Assembly (NCBI GenBank): GCA_031271295.1
Contig: JAISVZ010000032.1
Location: forward strand, 1,869 to 65,868
Length of the DNA stretch: 64,000 bases
Reading direction: 5' to 3'
DNA from: Clostridiales bacterium
GTDB taxonomy: Bacteria; Bacillota; Clostridia; Lachnospirales; WQUN01
The notes beneath the pieces are model-generated. The model had not been told where the DNA came from, made no database searches, and saw only the letters and a list, made by a program, of their open reading frames with translations. Of this stretch, positions 1 through 8,465 are shown one piece after another. Position numbers and translations under genes: made by a program. Positions within the stretch are counted from its first letter, which is position 1, and each line of letters starts with the position of its first letter.

Positions 1-467
1 TAAAAAAACTAAAACCCGGCGGGGAGGATATAGGCTTTGTGGGCGAGGTAACGGAAGTTGATAACAAAATAATTAAAACCCTTATCGACAACGATTTTAT
101 TCCGGTAATATCCCCCATAGGCATAGACGAAAACGGCGAAACCTACAACATTAACGCGGATTACGCGGCGGTTGCAATTGCAGGAGCGTTAAAAGCCGAA
201 AAGCTTGTGTTTTTAACGGACGTATCCGGCCTTTTAAGCGACAGGAACGACGCGGATAGCGTAATTACCAGAATTGAAGCGTCCCGCATTAGGGAACTTT
301 TGGCGGACGGAACAATTTCCGGCGGTATGATTCCCAAAATTCAGTGCTGCATGGCGGGAGTTGAAGCGGGAGTTGCGCATGTTCATATTTTAGACGGTCG
401 CGTGGAGCACGCGCTGATTCTTGAAATATTTACAAAAGAGGGTATCGGAACTATGATATACTCGTAA
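1..467 (+). CDS. argB: acetylglutamate kinase, C-terminal ~155 codons (5' end outside window)
   Basis: The frame is open from the window edge (from nt 3: KKLKPGGEDIGFVGEVTEVD...). IPVISPIGIDENGETYNINADYAAVAIAGALKAEKLVFLTDVSGLL and GGMIPKI are the conserved ArgB/amino-acid-kinase core. argD follows directly. Confidence 0.9.
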   Translation, partial: KKLKPGGEDIGFVGEVTEVDNKIIKTLIDNDFIPVISPIGIDENGETYNINADYAAVAIAGALKAEKLVFLTDVSGLLSDRNDADSVITRIEASRIRELLADGTISGGMIPKIQCCMAGVEAGVAHVHILDGRVEHALILEIFTKEGIGTMIYS

Positions 468-534
468 TTTGAAAGTTGTTTTTACAATTGCTTAAAAAGG
501 CGTGTAAATTTTAATCCTGGGAGGAGATTTTTAA

Positions 535-1692
535 ATGGAAAAAGGAATGCAGTATATAATGAACACATATTCACGCTTCCCCCTAAAACTTGTAAGGGGC
601 GAAGGCACATATGTTTACGATGAAAACGGCAAAAAATATTTGGATTTTGCGGCGGGGATAGCGGTAACGTCTTTGGGGCACGCAAACAAAAAACTTACCG
701 AGGCGATTAAAAGCCAAGCGGAAAAACTGCTTCACATATCCAATTTATATTGGAACGAGCCGCAAATTACGCTTGCGGAAAAGCTTGTTAAAAACAGCGC
801 GTTCGATAAGGTGTTTTTCTGTAACAGCGGCGCGGAATCCGTAGAGGCGGCGCTTAAACTTGCCCGCAAGTACGCATCTAAAAGCGGGAGCGGTAAATAT
901 GAAATTATAGCGATGAATAATTCCTTTCACGGTCGCACTTTGGGCGCGATAACCGCAACAGGGCAAAAAAAATACCGGGAAGGGCTTGCGCCGCTTTTAC
1001 CAGGAATAATCCACGCCGAATTTAACGATATTAAAAGCCTTGAAGCGCTTATAACGGACAAAACCTGCGCGGTACTTTTGGAACCCGTTCAGGGCGAATC
1101 CGGAATACACCCGGCGGATAAGGATTACCTTGTAAAGGTACGCGAATTATGCAACCAAAACAATTTGCTGTTAATATTCGACGAAGTGCAGTGCGGCGCG
1201 GGAAGGTGCGGAAGTTTGTTCGCGCACGAAATTTACGGAGTTTATCCCGATATTGCCGTTATGGCAAAAGGGCTTGCGGGCGGCGTTCCTATAGGCGCTA
1301 TGCTTGCAACCGAAAAAGCCGCGCAAGGCTTTAAACCGGGAGACCACGCTTCAACCTTTGGCGGAAACCCGCTTGCAACGGCTGCGGCAAATGTTGTTAT
1401 GGACGAGTTAACCGGCGGCTTACTTTCAAACGTAAAAAAACAGGGCGAATACTTAACTTTGAAATTAAAGGAGCTTGCGGCAAAACATAAATGCATTACC
1501 GAAGTCCGCGGGCTTGGGCTTATGCTTGGCATTGAACTAAACGTTCCCGCAAAGGATATTGTTGCAAAGTGCATCGAAAACGGGCTTTTACTTGTAAGCG
1601 CGGGCGAAAGGGTAATAAGGTTTGTGCCGCCTTTAACAGTTTCGAAAGAAGAAATTGACGAACTTGCGGGTATTTTGGATAGCTCTATTTAG
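535..1692 (+). CDS. argD: acetylornithine aminotransferase (class III PLP aminotransferase)
   Basis: 385 aa. Motifs FCNSGAESVEAALKLARKY, LLIFDEVQCGAGRCG and STFGGNPLA. GGGAGGAG RBS about 9 nt upstream of the ATG. Lies downstream of argB. Confidence 0.92.
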   Translation: MEKGMQYIMNTYSRFPLKLVRGEGTYVYDENGKKYLDFAAGIAVTSLGHANKKLTEAIKSQAEKLLHISNLYWNEPQITLAEKLVKNSAFDKVFFCNSGAESVEAALKLARKYASKSGSGKYEIIAMNNSFHGRTLGAITATGQKKYREGLAPLLPGIIHAEFNDIKSLEALITDKTCAVLLEPVQGESGIHPADKDYLVKVRELCNQNNLLLIFDEVQCGAGRCGSLFAHEIYGVYPDIAVMAKGLAGGVPIGAMLATEKAAQGFKPGDHASTFGGNPLATAAANVVMDELTGGLLSNVKKQGEYLTLKLKELAAKHKCITEVRGLGLMLGIELNVPAKDIVAKCIENGLLLVSAGERVIRFVPPLTVSKEEIDELAGILDSSI

Positions 1693-1700
1693 ATGAACTT

Positions 1701-1730
1701 AAAAAGGATACGCATTAGCGTATCCTTTTT
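1701..1730. terminator. bidirectional rho-independent terminator between convergent genes
   Basis: AAAAAGGATACGC-atta-GCGTATCCTTTTT: 13-bp arms with A-run and T-run flanks, between argD (+) and the 1749-2339 gene (-). Confidence 0.8.
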
Positions 1731-1748
1731 GATTTAAGTATGTTTTGA

Positions 1749-2339
1749 TTATTCCGTTTTAAACGAAGCTTCCCATTCGTCGAAACCTTTTCTTACCGCA
1801 TCCAACGTATCGTAGGAAATTTGCGGGAGTTTGTCGCCCCACAATTTTTCGGCTTCCGCAAAACCTTCTTCAACAGCGTCGCGAAGGGTAGCGATTTTGG
1901 AAGGATCCCCGCCGGAAAGAGCTTTCGCGAAGTTAAGAATTCTCTCGGAGGTTTGTTTTACGCCGAAATAACCGTCTTCACTAATTGCTTCCTCGGCTTC
2001 CGCTCTTGTTGCTTCGTCAACCTCAAGGCTTTCCCAAAAATCCTTAGACCACTGCATACCGCCCGCTTTTAACGCTTCGTTGCCCTGCTTGCCAAAAAGC
2101 TTAGTAACCAAGGTTTGAAGACGCGCTTCCGCGCTGTTTGCTTCGTCGATAGCGGCTTTAATTGCTTTAGGGTCAATCTCATACGTTTTAGAACCGGATT
2201 TTTCATACACCGCTGCCGCGCTGTTTAACAAGTCCTCAGTTTCATCCGCCGAAACAGCCGTGTTTGTGCTTGCCGCCGCGGATTGGTTTGTTTGTGCTGC
2301 AGTTGTTGCGTAATTGTTATTTACTGCTGCTACATCCAT
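1749..2339 (-). CDS. hypothetical protein, DUF5610-like C-terminal half
   Basis: 196-aa ORF with GGGAGATGA RBS before the ATG. N-terminus is low-complexity (A/T/Q/N/S rich). SERILNFAKALSGGDPSKIATLRDAVEEGFAEAEKLWG resembles DUF5610-type proteins, from memory only. Confidence 0.6.
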   Translation of the reverse strand: MDVAAVNNNYATTAAQTNQSAAASTNTAVSADETEDLLNSAAAVYEKSGSKTYEIDPKAIKAAIDEANSAEARLQTLVTKLFGKQGNEALKAGGMQWSKDFWESLEVDEATRAEAEEAISEDGYFGVKQTSERILNFAKALSGGDPSKIATLRDAVEEGFAEAEKLWGDKLPQISYDTLDAVRKGFDEWEASFKTE

Positions 2340-2505
2340 GTTGTCATCTCCCTTTTTTATTGATTTAAAACAGTTTTTGAACCTCTAATTTATTTATCGG
2401 TCAATTTTGGAAAACACGTAATATTATTTATAAAATAATTAAGAAATTATTTAGTGGTTTTTTAAATTATCATTGAAGCCAATACGCGGCTTAACCATAT
2501 ACTTA

Positions 2506-3141
2506 CTAAAAATTTAAAATCATGCTGTGAACGCTTTCGTACCCGATTGTGGTTTTGCCTCCGTGCCCCGGATAAACTACGGTTTCGGGCGCAAGCGTAA
2601 ATAATTTTTCCTTTATTGAACGGGCAAGCACTGGCAAATTTCCAGTTGGTAGCTGCGTTGTGCCAATGCCGTCTTTAAACAGCGTATCCCCCGAAATTAA
2701 AATATTTTCGTTTTCAAAATAAAAGCACAAACTGCCGGACGTATGCCCCGGCGTTGCAATTACCCTTATGTTAAACCCGGCAAGGGTTATATTTTGCGCG
2801 TCGTCAAGCCATATATCCGCTTCAAGCGCCGTGGTTTTGCCGTACATACCCGAAAGATTCATAGATGTATCCGATAAAATTTCCCGCTCGGCGGACGCGG
2901 CGTAAATTTTTACGCCATAGGTATCGCACACTTCCCGCGCCGCCATTATGTGGTCGAAATGCCCGTGTGTTAAAAAAACGGCTATGGGCGTAAGGTTAAG
3001 TTCGGCAAGCTTTTTTTGAATTTTCGGAAAATCCCCGGCGGGGTCCGCTATGATTGTTTCTTTGGTTTGCGTGTTTGAAATTAAATAGCAGTTTGCCTGC
3101 CACTCGGTTAAGGCAATTGTTGTTACAAAGATGTTTGGCAT
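2506..3141 (-). CDS. MBL-fold metallo-hydrolase (glyoxalase II-like)
   Basis: 211 aa. THGHFDH metal-binding motif, plus downstream TPGHTSGS and PGHG motifs typical of the metallo-beta-lactamase fold. Confidence 0.85.
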   Translation of the reverse strand: MPNIFVTTIALTEWQANCYLISNTQTKETIIADPAGDFPKIQKKLAELNLTPIAVFLTHGHFDHIMAAREVCDTYGVKIYAASAEREILSDTSMNLSGMYGKTTALEADIWLDDAQNITLAGFNIRVIATPGHTSGSLCFYFENENILISGDTLFKDGIGTTQLPTGNLPVLARSIKEKLFTLAPETVVYPGHGGKTTIGYESVHSMILNF

Positions 3142-3234
3142 GTGGGGTTCCTCGCTTTAAATTTTATTTTTGCCGCTTACTGCTTATATGTTTGAAACGG
3201 CTTCGCCGCTTATTGCATAAATTTCATTTCGCAG

Positions 3235-3720
3235 CTAATCTTGAATAAATTTCAGTAATTCATTAAACCATTCGGGCATAGTTTTTGTTTTTGAAATTAT
3301 TTCTCCGTTACGGTATTCGCCAACTTCGTTAAACCCATTTTCGTTATCGTAAAAATACGCTTCCATGCAATACGGTAGAACCGCTTTTAAATCCGCAAAC
3401 CTACCCGCAAAACGGCGGATAACATCGGATGCGGGAATATCATGCCCGCCCTTTTCAACGCGGTTTTTAATTCGCTTTATGCTTTCTTCGCAGGAATTTA
3501 AGCCTATATAAAACAAACGTATAAAGTATCCGCTCTCGTGCGCCGCCTTTACGGTTTTCTTTATAAAATTCCCGGATAACGTTGTTTCCTGAGTAAACGA
3601 AACGCCGTCGGATAACAACCGCCTAATCTTTTTTGCGGCTGTTTTGTTACCGTCATTTTGCGAAGCGTCAATGATTGCCGTAAAGCGTTGCCGCCAAACG
3701 CAGAAAAAATTACAACCTCG
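3235..3720 (-). pseudogene. zeta-toxin-like P-loop kinase remnant lacking the N-terminal Walker A region
   Basis: Translation ...TAIIDASQNDGNKTAAKKIRRLLSDGVSFTQETTLSGNFIKKTVKAAHESGYFIRLFYIGLNS...GGHDIPASDVIRRF matches the post-P-loop part of zeta-toxin/AAA kinase proteins. The frame is open upstream only to a TAA (complement of 3721-3723). It has no ATG/GTG before the TTG at 3618 and no GxxGxGK[ST]. Confidence 0.6.
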
Positions 3721-3898
3721 TTATACCATATATATACGTTTGGGGCAAGCTCTTAATCGGATAGAGGACGGAGGTGGACGGAGGGCATAGATCTTAGACT
3801 AATTCTTAGACTAAATCATAGGCTTAGACGTTGAAACCGAATCCTGCCGTAAATGTTTTTTGGATACCTCGCTCTTTTTTAATATTCGCAAATTATGT

Positions 3899-3927
3899 TT
3901 GACTTTGCCTTTTTGTAATGGTATAAA
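3899..3927 (+). promoter_or_regulatory. sigma-A type promoter upstream of the PfkB kinase gene
   Basis: TTGACT (3899-3904), 17-nt spacer, TATAAA (3922-3927). It sits about 120 nt upstream of the ATG at 4048. Confidence 0.5.
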
Positions 3928-4047
3928 GGCAGTAACGGCGCGGGAGTTTCATATGTTTTTTCAAAGAATAAAACCAGATTAGATACTTTCGCCGCGCACA
4001 AAGTACCCGCAGGCAGTATGCGGGCAGGGGAAAGTGAGGATTAGCCT

Positions 4048-4843
4048 ATGAAAAAAATACTTGCTATGACTTTCTGCTGCGTTGATATTTACCCCGGAAA
4101 AGGAATAATAACAGCGGGGGGAAATTCGCTTAATTTAGCTGCGGCTTGCTCAAAAACAAAGAAAGCCGATGTTTATTTGATGGGTAATATCGGAACGGAT
4201 ATTTATGCTGAAAAAATAAAGGAAAAGGCTGATGAATTCAATTTAAACCGCGAAAGGCTTTATGAGGTTGAGGGTAATACCGCAAGCAATAAATTATACC
4301 TCACCGAGGACGGCGACAGATACGAAAAAGACGACAGTTGGAACGGCGGCGTATATGATTATTTTAAATTATCGGCTGATGATGAAGCGTTTCTTAAAGA
4401 ATTTGACGTTGTAGCGACGACTGTCTGGGACCCTGCTTTCAAGCAAATTATTAATTTAAAGCGCAATTCAGATTTTCTGCTCGCGGTAGATTTTTCAGAC
4501 CATAGTCCGACTGATGAGTGGCTCGAATTTATACCTATGGATTGATTTATTTTTTATAAGCGCTCAAAATGAGCAATTACCGCTGCTTAAAAAATGGTCT
4601 TGTGAATTTCCCGCTTTGTTCGTAGCAACTTTGGCCGAACACGGAAGCGCTACGTATAAAGACGGAGAAGAGTATTCGTGCAGGGCAGTAAATGTATCGA
4701 AAATAGTTGATACAACAGGGTGCGGCGATTCATATCAAGGAGCTTTTATTGTTGATTATCTAATTAACAAGGATGTTGTTTCCGCTATGAAAGCAGGTTC
4801 CGAAGCCGCCGCCATTACTTTATCATTTGAAGGAGCGGTATAA
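4048..4843 (+). pseudogene. PfkB-family sugar kinase (fructoselysine/ketohexokinase-like), split by a +1 frameshift near 4514-4545
   Basis: ORF 4048-4545 carries the N-terminal part (CVDIYPGKGIITAGGNSLNLAAA). ORF 4514-4843 in the +1 frame carries the C-terminal part with the PfkB signature DTTGCGDSYQGAFI. Together they give one normal-length kinase. Confidence 0.75.
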
Positions 4844-4974
4844 GTGTTCTGAGCGTTTCGTGTTTTTCGGGTTCTTCGCCCGTCATTAAGCCCGCTTGAT
4901 AATTACGAAATATCAGCAAAGCGAATACCTTTAGCGGGCGTCCGCTTTCATTTTCTTCACCTTAAATATTACTG

Positions 4975-5330
4975 TCTTATTTTTGCGCAACGGCAATTTT
5001 GTTGCCGTCAGGGTCCGCAAATTGAAACGAATACGCGCCCCACTCTCTGCGTTCGGGCGGCGAAATTATTTCTATACCGGGTATTTCCCTTAGCAGCCGT
5101 TCGTATAGCGCGTCAACGTTTGCGGTAAAGCATTGCAGCCAGATATTCTTTTCGTTATCTGCCTTTATGCCACCCGGATCGTATATGGCAATTTTCCCGA
5201 AACCGTAATGGCTTCCTTCAACAAACGGTTCTTCTTGGAGAACAATTTTATAAAACTGCGCAAGACGGGGGGCATTATTGGTTATTATACATATTCCTCT
5301 AAACTCCATGATTATCCTCCTTAACTCTTT
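4975..5330. repeat. direct repeat copy 1 (VOC gene plus its RBS)
   Basis: Aligns with 8466-8821 at a constant offset of 3491 nt. I hand-counted 15 mismatches and no indels over 354 nt (4977-5330). Confidence 0.9.
4977..5309 (-). CDS. VOC (glyoxalase/bleomycin-resistance/dioxygenase) family protein, copy 1
   Basis: 110 aa from the ATG at 5309 (MEFRGICIITNNAPRLAQFY...), preceded by GGAGGATAATC. It ends in FADPDGNKIAV, typical of VOC proteins. The longer ORF to 5432 has no RBS, and the paralog at 8468-8800 starts at the equivalent ATG. Confidence 0.8.
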   Translation of the reverse strand: MEFRGICIITNNAPRLAQFYKIVLQEEPFVEGSHYGFGKIAIYDPGGIKADNEKNIWLQCFTANVDALYERLLREIPGIEIISPPERREWGAYSFQFADPDGNKIAVAQK

Positions 5331-5681
5331 GCAAAGAAAGGTTCTTTGACAAAACTGCTCGCAGCTTGCCTCTGCGATATCTCTATCGTAAAACCGATGC
5401 CCAAAGCAAACAACGAACGTCGCCGCTTGCATTTATTGTATCAAGAAAATGGAGGATGTCAAAAACACGATTACGACAACGTTGCAACATGTGTTTGCGA
5501 ATATGCCGCGGGAAGTAGAACGTTACTATTCACACTCTAACTGGAAATATGGGTTGCGACACCTTAGAATAATAGGCTGTCTAATATCGTTTTTCCGTTT
5601 TTGACAATTTGCCGTACGCTGCGGAGAACTAAACGGTTACAACTACCCGCACTTTTGGAGCAATATTCAGCAAGGGTTGTA

Positions 5682-5958
5682 GGAGGGCTTCGGCGCAAAT
5701 TATATCGCACAGCAATGTGCCGCCTGACGCTTCAGAACATTTTTGAGCGCACCAAGTTTGTAGAGAGTCCTATTTTTGCGGTTGCGCTCAAAAATATTCT
5801 TCTCGCTGCTTTGATGAACCAATTTTCGCCAATTAGTTGTTCGCAAAGATAAAGTATTGCGACGGCGAAAATTGTTTCCCCGCCGCGTGGCACAATCATG
5901 CTGTGCAATATAAGCTGCGCCGAAGCCCGGCAGCATGTTCTTTGCATGCAGCAAAAGG
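5682..5958. repeat. structured ~275-nt element, copy A (unknown family; possible ncRNA or non-autonomous element)
   Basis: Internally self-complementary: GGGCTTCGGCGCA/TGCGCCGAAGCCC outer stem, plus hairpins ACATTTTTGAGCGCA/TGCGCTCAAAAAT and CAATTTTCGCC/GGCGAAAATTG. Near-identical to the reverse complement of 6342-6615. Confidence 0.8.
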
Positions 5959-6103
5959 TTTACGAGAATTTTTATATTGCCAAATATTCTTGGGAAGCGT
6001 AATTATATCATCCTTGCAAGATAAGCGCCCTTTAGCAAGTGACAAGTACCGCAAACACTGAACAATATAAATATTTAGCTCTACTTCTATATGAACTCCT
6101 GGA

Positions 6104-6135
6104 ATAATTAGTGACATATATATGTCACTAATTAT
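6104..6135. repeat. perfect 32-bp AT-rich palindrome
   Basis: ATAATTAGTGACATATATATGTCACTAATTAT. All 16 position pairs checked as complementary. Lies between the two inverted structured elements. Confidence 0.9.
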
Positions 6136-6341
6136 CCCAAAATCCACACTTAATGCAATCTACATTTAAAAACTCTTAGCGCTGCATAACAGCTGAGAAA
6201 TTCAAATATGATATGCTTGATTAAACACGCAGGCAATAATTACGCCGTTTGCCTAATCTAATGAGTTGAATTTTATGTTACGGTACGCCTTTGTGCAAAC
6301 TTTACGTTGCCTGCAAAGGGTACACTTGATTACTGACGACT

Positions 6342-6615
6342 CCTTTCGCTTCCTGCAAAGAACATGCTGCCGGGCTTCGGCGCAGCTTATATTACACAGC
6401 ATAATTGTACCACGCGGCGGGGAAACAATTTTCGCCGTCAAAAAATAATCTCTGTGATACACTGGGGGCGAAAATTGGTTCACCAGAGCAGCGAGAAGAA
6501 TATTTTTGAGCGCACCCGCAAAAATAGAATCCTCTACAAACTTGGTGCGCTCAAAAATGTTCTGAAGCGTCAGGTGGCACATTGCTGTGCGATATAATTT
6601 GCGCCGAAGCCCTCC
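6342..6615. repeat. structured ~275-nt element, copy B (inverted relative to copy A)
   Basis: Its reverse complement aligns end to end with 5682-5958. Differences are concentrated in the predicted hairpin loops. Confidence 0.8.
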
Positions 6616-6832
6616 TATAAACCCTATAGAACAGCCACACAAAGTACGGGTAGTTATTAGCGGGATGTTGTTAGTGTACAGTTCTCTGTAGCGCACTATA
6701 AAGTTGTCAGTTACAAAAAAACGAAACTGTACAGCTTATTATTCAGAGGCATCGAAATCAGATTCGTTTTTTGGCGTGGGTGTGAATAGTAACAGTAGAA
6801 CCCTAAAAATTTTCAAAAAATTGATAAACCCA

Positions 6833-6861
6833 TTTACACGTGTTGTTTATACGTGTATAAT
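6833..6861 (+). promoter_or_regulatory. sigma-A type promoter of hicAB, with overlapping short repeats (possible operator)
   Basis: TTTACA (6833-6838), 17-nt spacer, TATAAT (6856-6861), 21 nt before the hicA ATG. The spacer contains TACACGTGT / TACGTGTA repeats. Confidence 0.6.
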
Positions 6862-6882
6862 GAGCGTAAGAGGTGAGGAACT

Positions 6883-7065
6883 ATGACTGCGAGAGATCTT
6901 TTAAAGATTTTAAATAAAGACGGCTGGTACAAGGTTGAACAAAACGGCTCCCATATTCAATTAGAGCATGACACGAAAAAGGGAAAGGTCACTGTCCCTA
7001 ACCATAACGGAGATTTGAAAGTTAAAACCTTAAACAGCATATTAAAACAAGCCGGGCTTAAATAA
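6883..7065 (+). CDS. hicA: type II toxin HicA (mRNA interferase)
   Basis: 60 aa. LLKILNKDGWYKVEQNGSHIQLEH...VTVPNH is the HicA dsRBD-like signature with the catalytic His context. GAGGTGAGG RBS. hicB follows. Confidence 0.85.
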   Translation: MTARDLLKILNKDGWYKVEQNGSHIQLEHDTKKGKVTVPNHNGDLKVKTLNSILKQAGLK

Positions 7066-7105
7066 CGCGGCTTGCCAATCACCAAAACGTATAAGGAGGC
7101 ATTTT

Positions 7106-7504
7106 ATGAGAAGAGTAACCTATTTTGCGGTATTTGAGCCATCGGATACGGGTTATAGTATCTACTTTCCGGATTTGCCCGGATGTATTTCCTGCGGGGA
7201 TAATATTGAACATGCAACAAAAATGGCGAAAGAAGCTTTGGGATTGCACTATTGGGGTATGGAGAAAGACGGCGATGAAATACCGAAACCAACAAAGCCA
7301 CCATTTGAGGATATGGAATCTGTAGATTTTGTGGTTCCTGTTGAAATTTTCCCGGACATCGTTAAAGATGCTATTGAAAACAGGGCAGTAAAAAAGACAC
7401 TTACAATTCCGCATTGGTTAAATGCGGAGGCGGAAGCGGCTAACGTTAATTTTTCTCAGCTTTTGCAAAATGCTTTAAAAGAATACCTAAATGTTAGCGC
7501 ATAG
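7106..7504 (+). CDS. hicB: type II antitoxin HicB
   Basis: 132 aa. The N-terminal YSIYFPDLPGCISCGDNIEHATKMAKEALGLH is the HicB RNase H-like fold motif. The C-terminal TLTIPHWLNAEAE... is an RHH-like DNA-binding tail. AAGGAGG RBS. Confidence 0.85.
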   Translation: MRRVTYFAVFEPSDTGYSIYFPDLPGCISCGDNIEHATKMAKEALGLHYWGMEKDGDEIPKPTKPPFEDMESVDFVVPVEIFPDIVKDAIENRAVKKTLTIPHWLNAEAEAANVNFSQLLQNALKEYLNVSA

Positions 7505-7506
7505 CC

Positions 7507-7543
7507 AAAAAGGGCGTTCCCTAAAAGGACGCCTTTTTATTTT
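7507..7543 (+). terminator. rho-independent terminator after hicB
   Basis: AAAAAGGGCGTTCC-ctaaaa-GGACGCCTTTTTATTTT directly after the stop codon. Confidence 0.75.
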
Positions 7544-7755
7544 GGCGAAGGAGTTAAGCGGCTGCCTTGTGAGTAGCCTGTCTTCTGATTAATAAAAACT
7601 AACGTAACAGAATGCCCGTTTTTGCGGAAAAAAGTATGACTAAGCCAATTGAAAAAGTTCCGTGTCTCTCATTGATAAAATTGAAATGGATTCCGCCTAT
7701 ATACTCACCTGAAAGCGTTTCAATTATGAAATCAGTTTTGTTTTAAGATTGCTTT

Positions 7756-8373
7756 TCAGCGACTGTATGAACAATCGTTAAATCGGGTTATTATGCGCTT
7801 TGCTCCAAATTCGGGAGATTCCTCGCGCATGAAAGACACGCTTCCCGAAGATCCCCACATACCGCATGTATTAAGAACCTCAACGTTTAAACCAAGCCAC
7901 AGCATGTTAAATATACCCAAAGAGATTCCATGAGCGACAATAATAATGTTTTCTTCCTTACGTGTCATTATCTCGTTTAAGAACTCACGGAGCCGGTTCC
8001 AAACATCCCTCATTGATTCGGCACCCGGATAGCTTTTATCATCAATTGTCTTCATAGAACCTAAGAATATTTTCCGAGATTCCTCTTTTGATACCCCGTT
8101 TGCGGTGCCGCAGTTTATTTCTCTTAACGCGGCGGTTAATACCGGCTTAATTCCTAAATGCCTGCCCGCGTTTTCTGCCGTTTGCTTTGCGCGAAGCAGG
8201 TCGGACGAGTACATGATATAGTTACTGCCGTCAATTTCCAAAGCAAGATTTTCGCCAATTTTGTCAGCCTGTTTAATTCCAAGCTCTGTTAAACTCCAAT
8301 CTCCCTGCCCACCAATCATTGCGTTAACATGGTGAACGGATTGAGTGTGCTGTATCGTGATTATATTTTTCAT
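7756..8373 (-). CDS. histidine phosphatase (phosphoglycerate mutase-like) family protein
   Basis: The start is revised to the ATG at 8373 (GGGGG RBS 8 nt upstream). The N-terminal segment ITIQHTQSVHH sits where the catalytic RHG motif normally lies, here as QHT. SSDLLRAKQTA and IIIVAHGISL are also present. Confidence 0.7.
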   Translation of the reverse strand: MKNIITIQHTQSVHHVNAMIGGQGDWSLTELGIKQADKIGENLALEIDGSNYIMYSSDLLRAKQTAENAGRHLGIKPVLTAALREINCGTANGVSKEESRKIFLGSMKTIDDKSYPGAESMRDVWNRLREFLNEIMTRKEENIIIVAHGISLGIFNMLWLGLNVEVLNTCGMWGSSGSVSFMREESPEFGAKRIITRFNDCSYSR

Positions 8374-8465
8374 TCTATACCCCCGAGTATCCTCTTTCAC
8401 AGTAAATGCGGCACGAACATATCATTCCTTCTCCTCGCGCTTAAAATTCGCGAGAAATATCACTT

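Noticed and set aside
2340-2440. Sigma-28 (SigD/FliA) promoter upstream of the 1749-2339 gene, prompted by an ACCGATAA element on the minus strand
   Set aside because: No TAAA -35 element at the required ~15-nt spacing. A similar GCCATATT near 26642 is too close to the RBS.
5601-6696. ORFs 5601-5852, 5700-5954, 5732-5947, 6253-6696, 6266-6448 and 6364-6597 as hypothetical proteins
   Set aside because: They overlap each other on both strands, and their translations mirror each other (LRRKLYRTAMC.LTLQNIFERTKFVE appears from both copies). That is because the DNA is an inverted repeat of a self-complementary element. There is no RBS and no coding-like divergence pattern between the copies.
7079-7414. 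Minus-strand ORFs 7079-7414 and 7104-7304 and + strand ORF 7125-7325
   Set aside because: They lie entirely inside hicB, whose own frame carries the diagnostic HicB motifs and an RBS.
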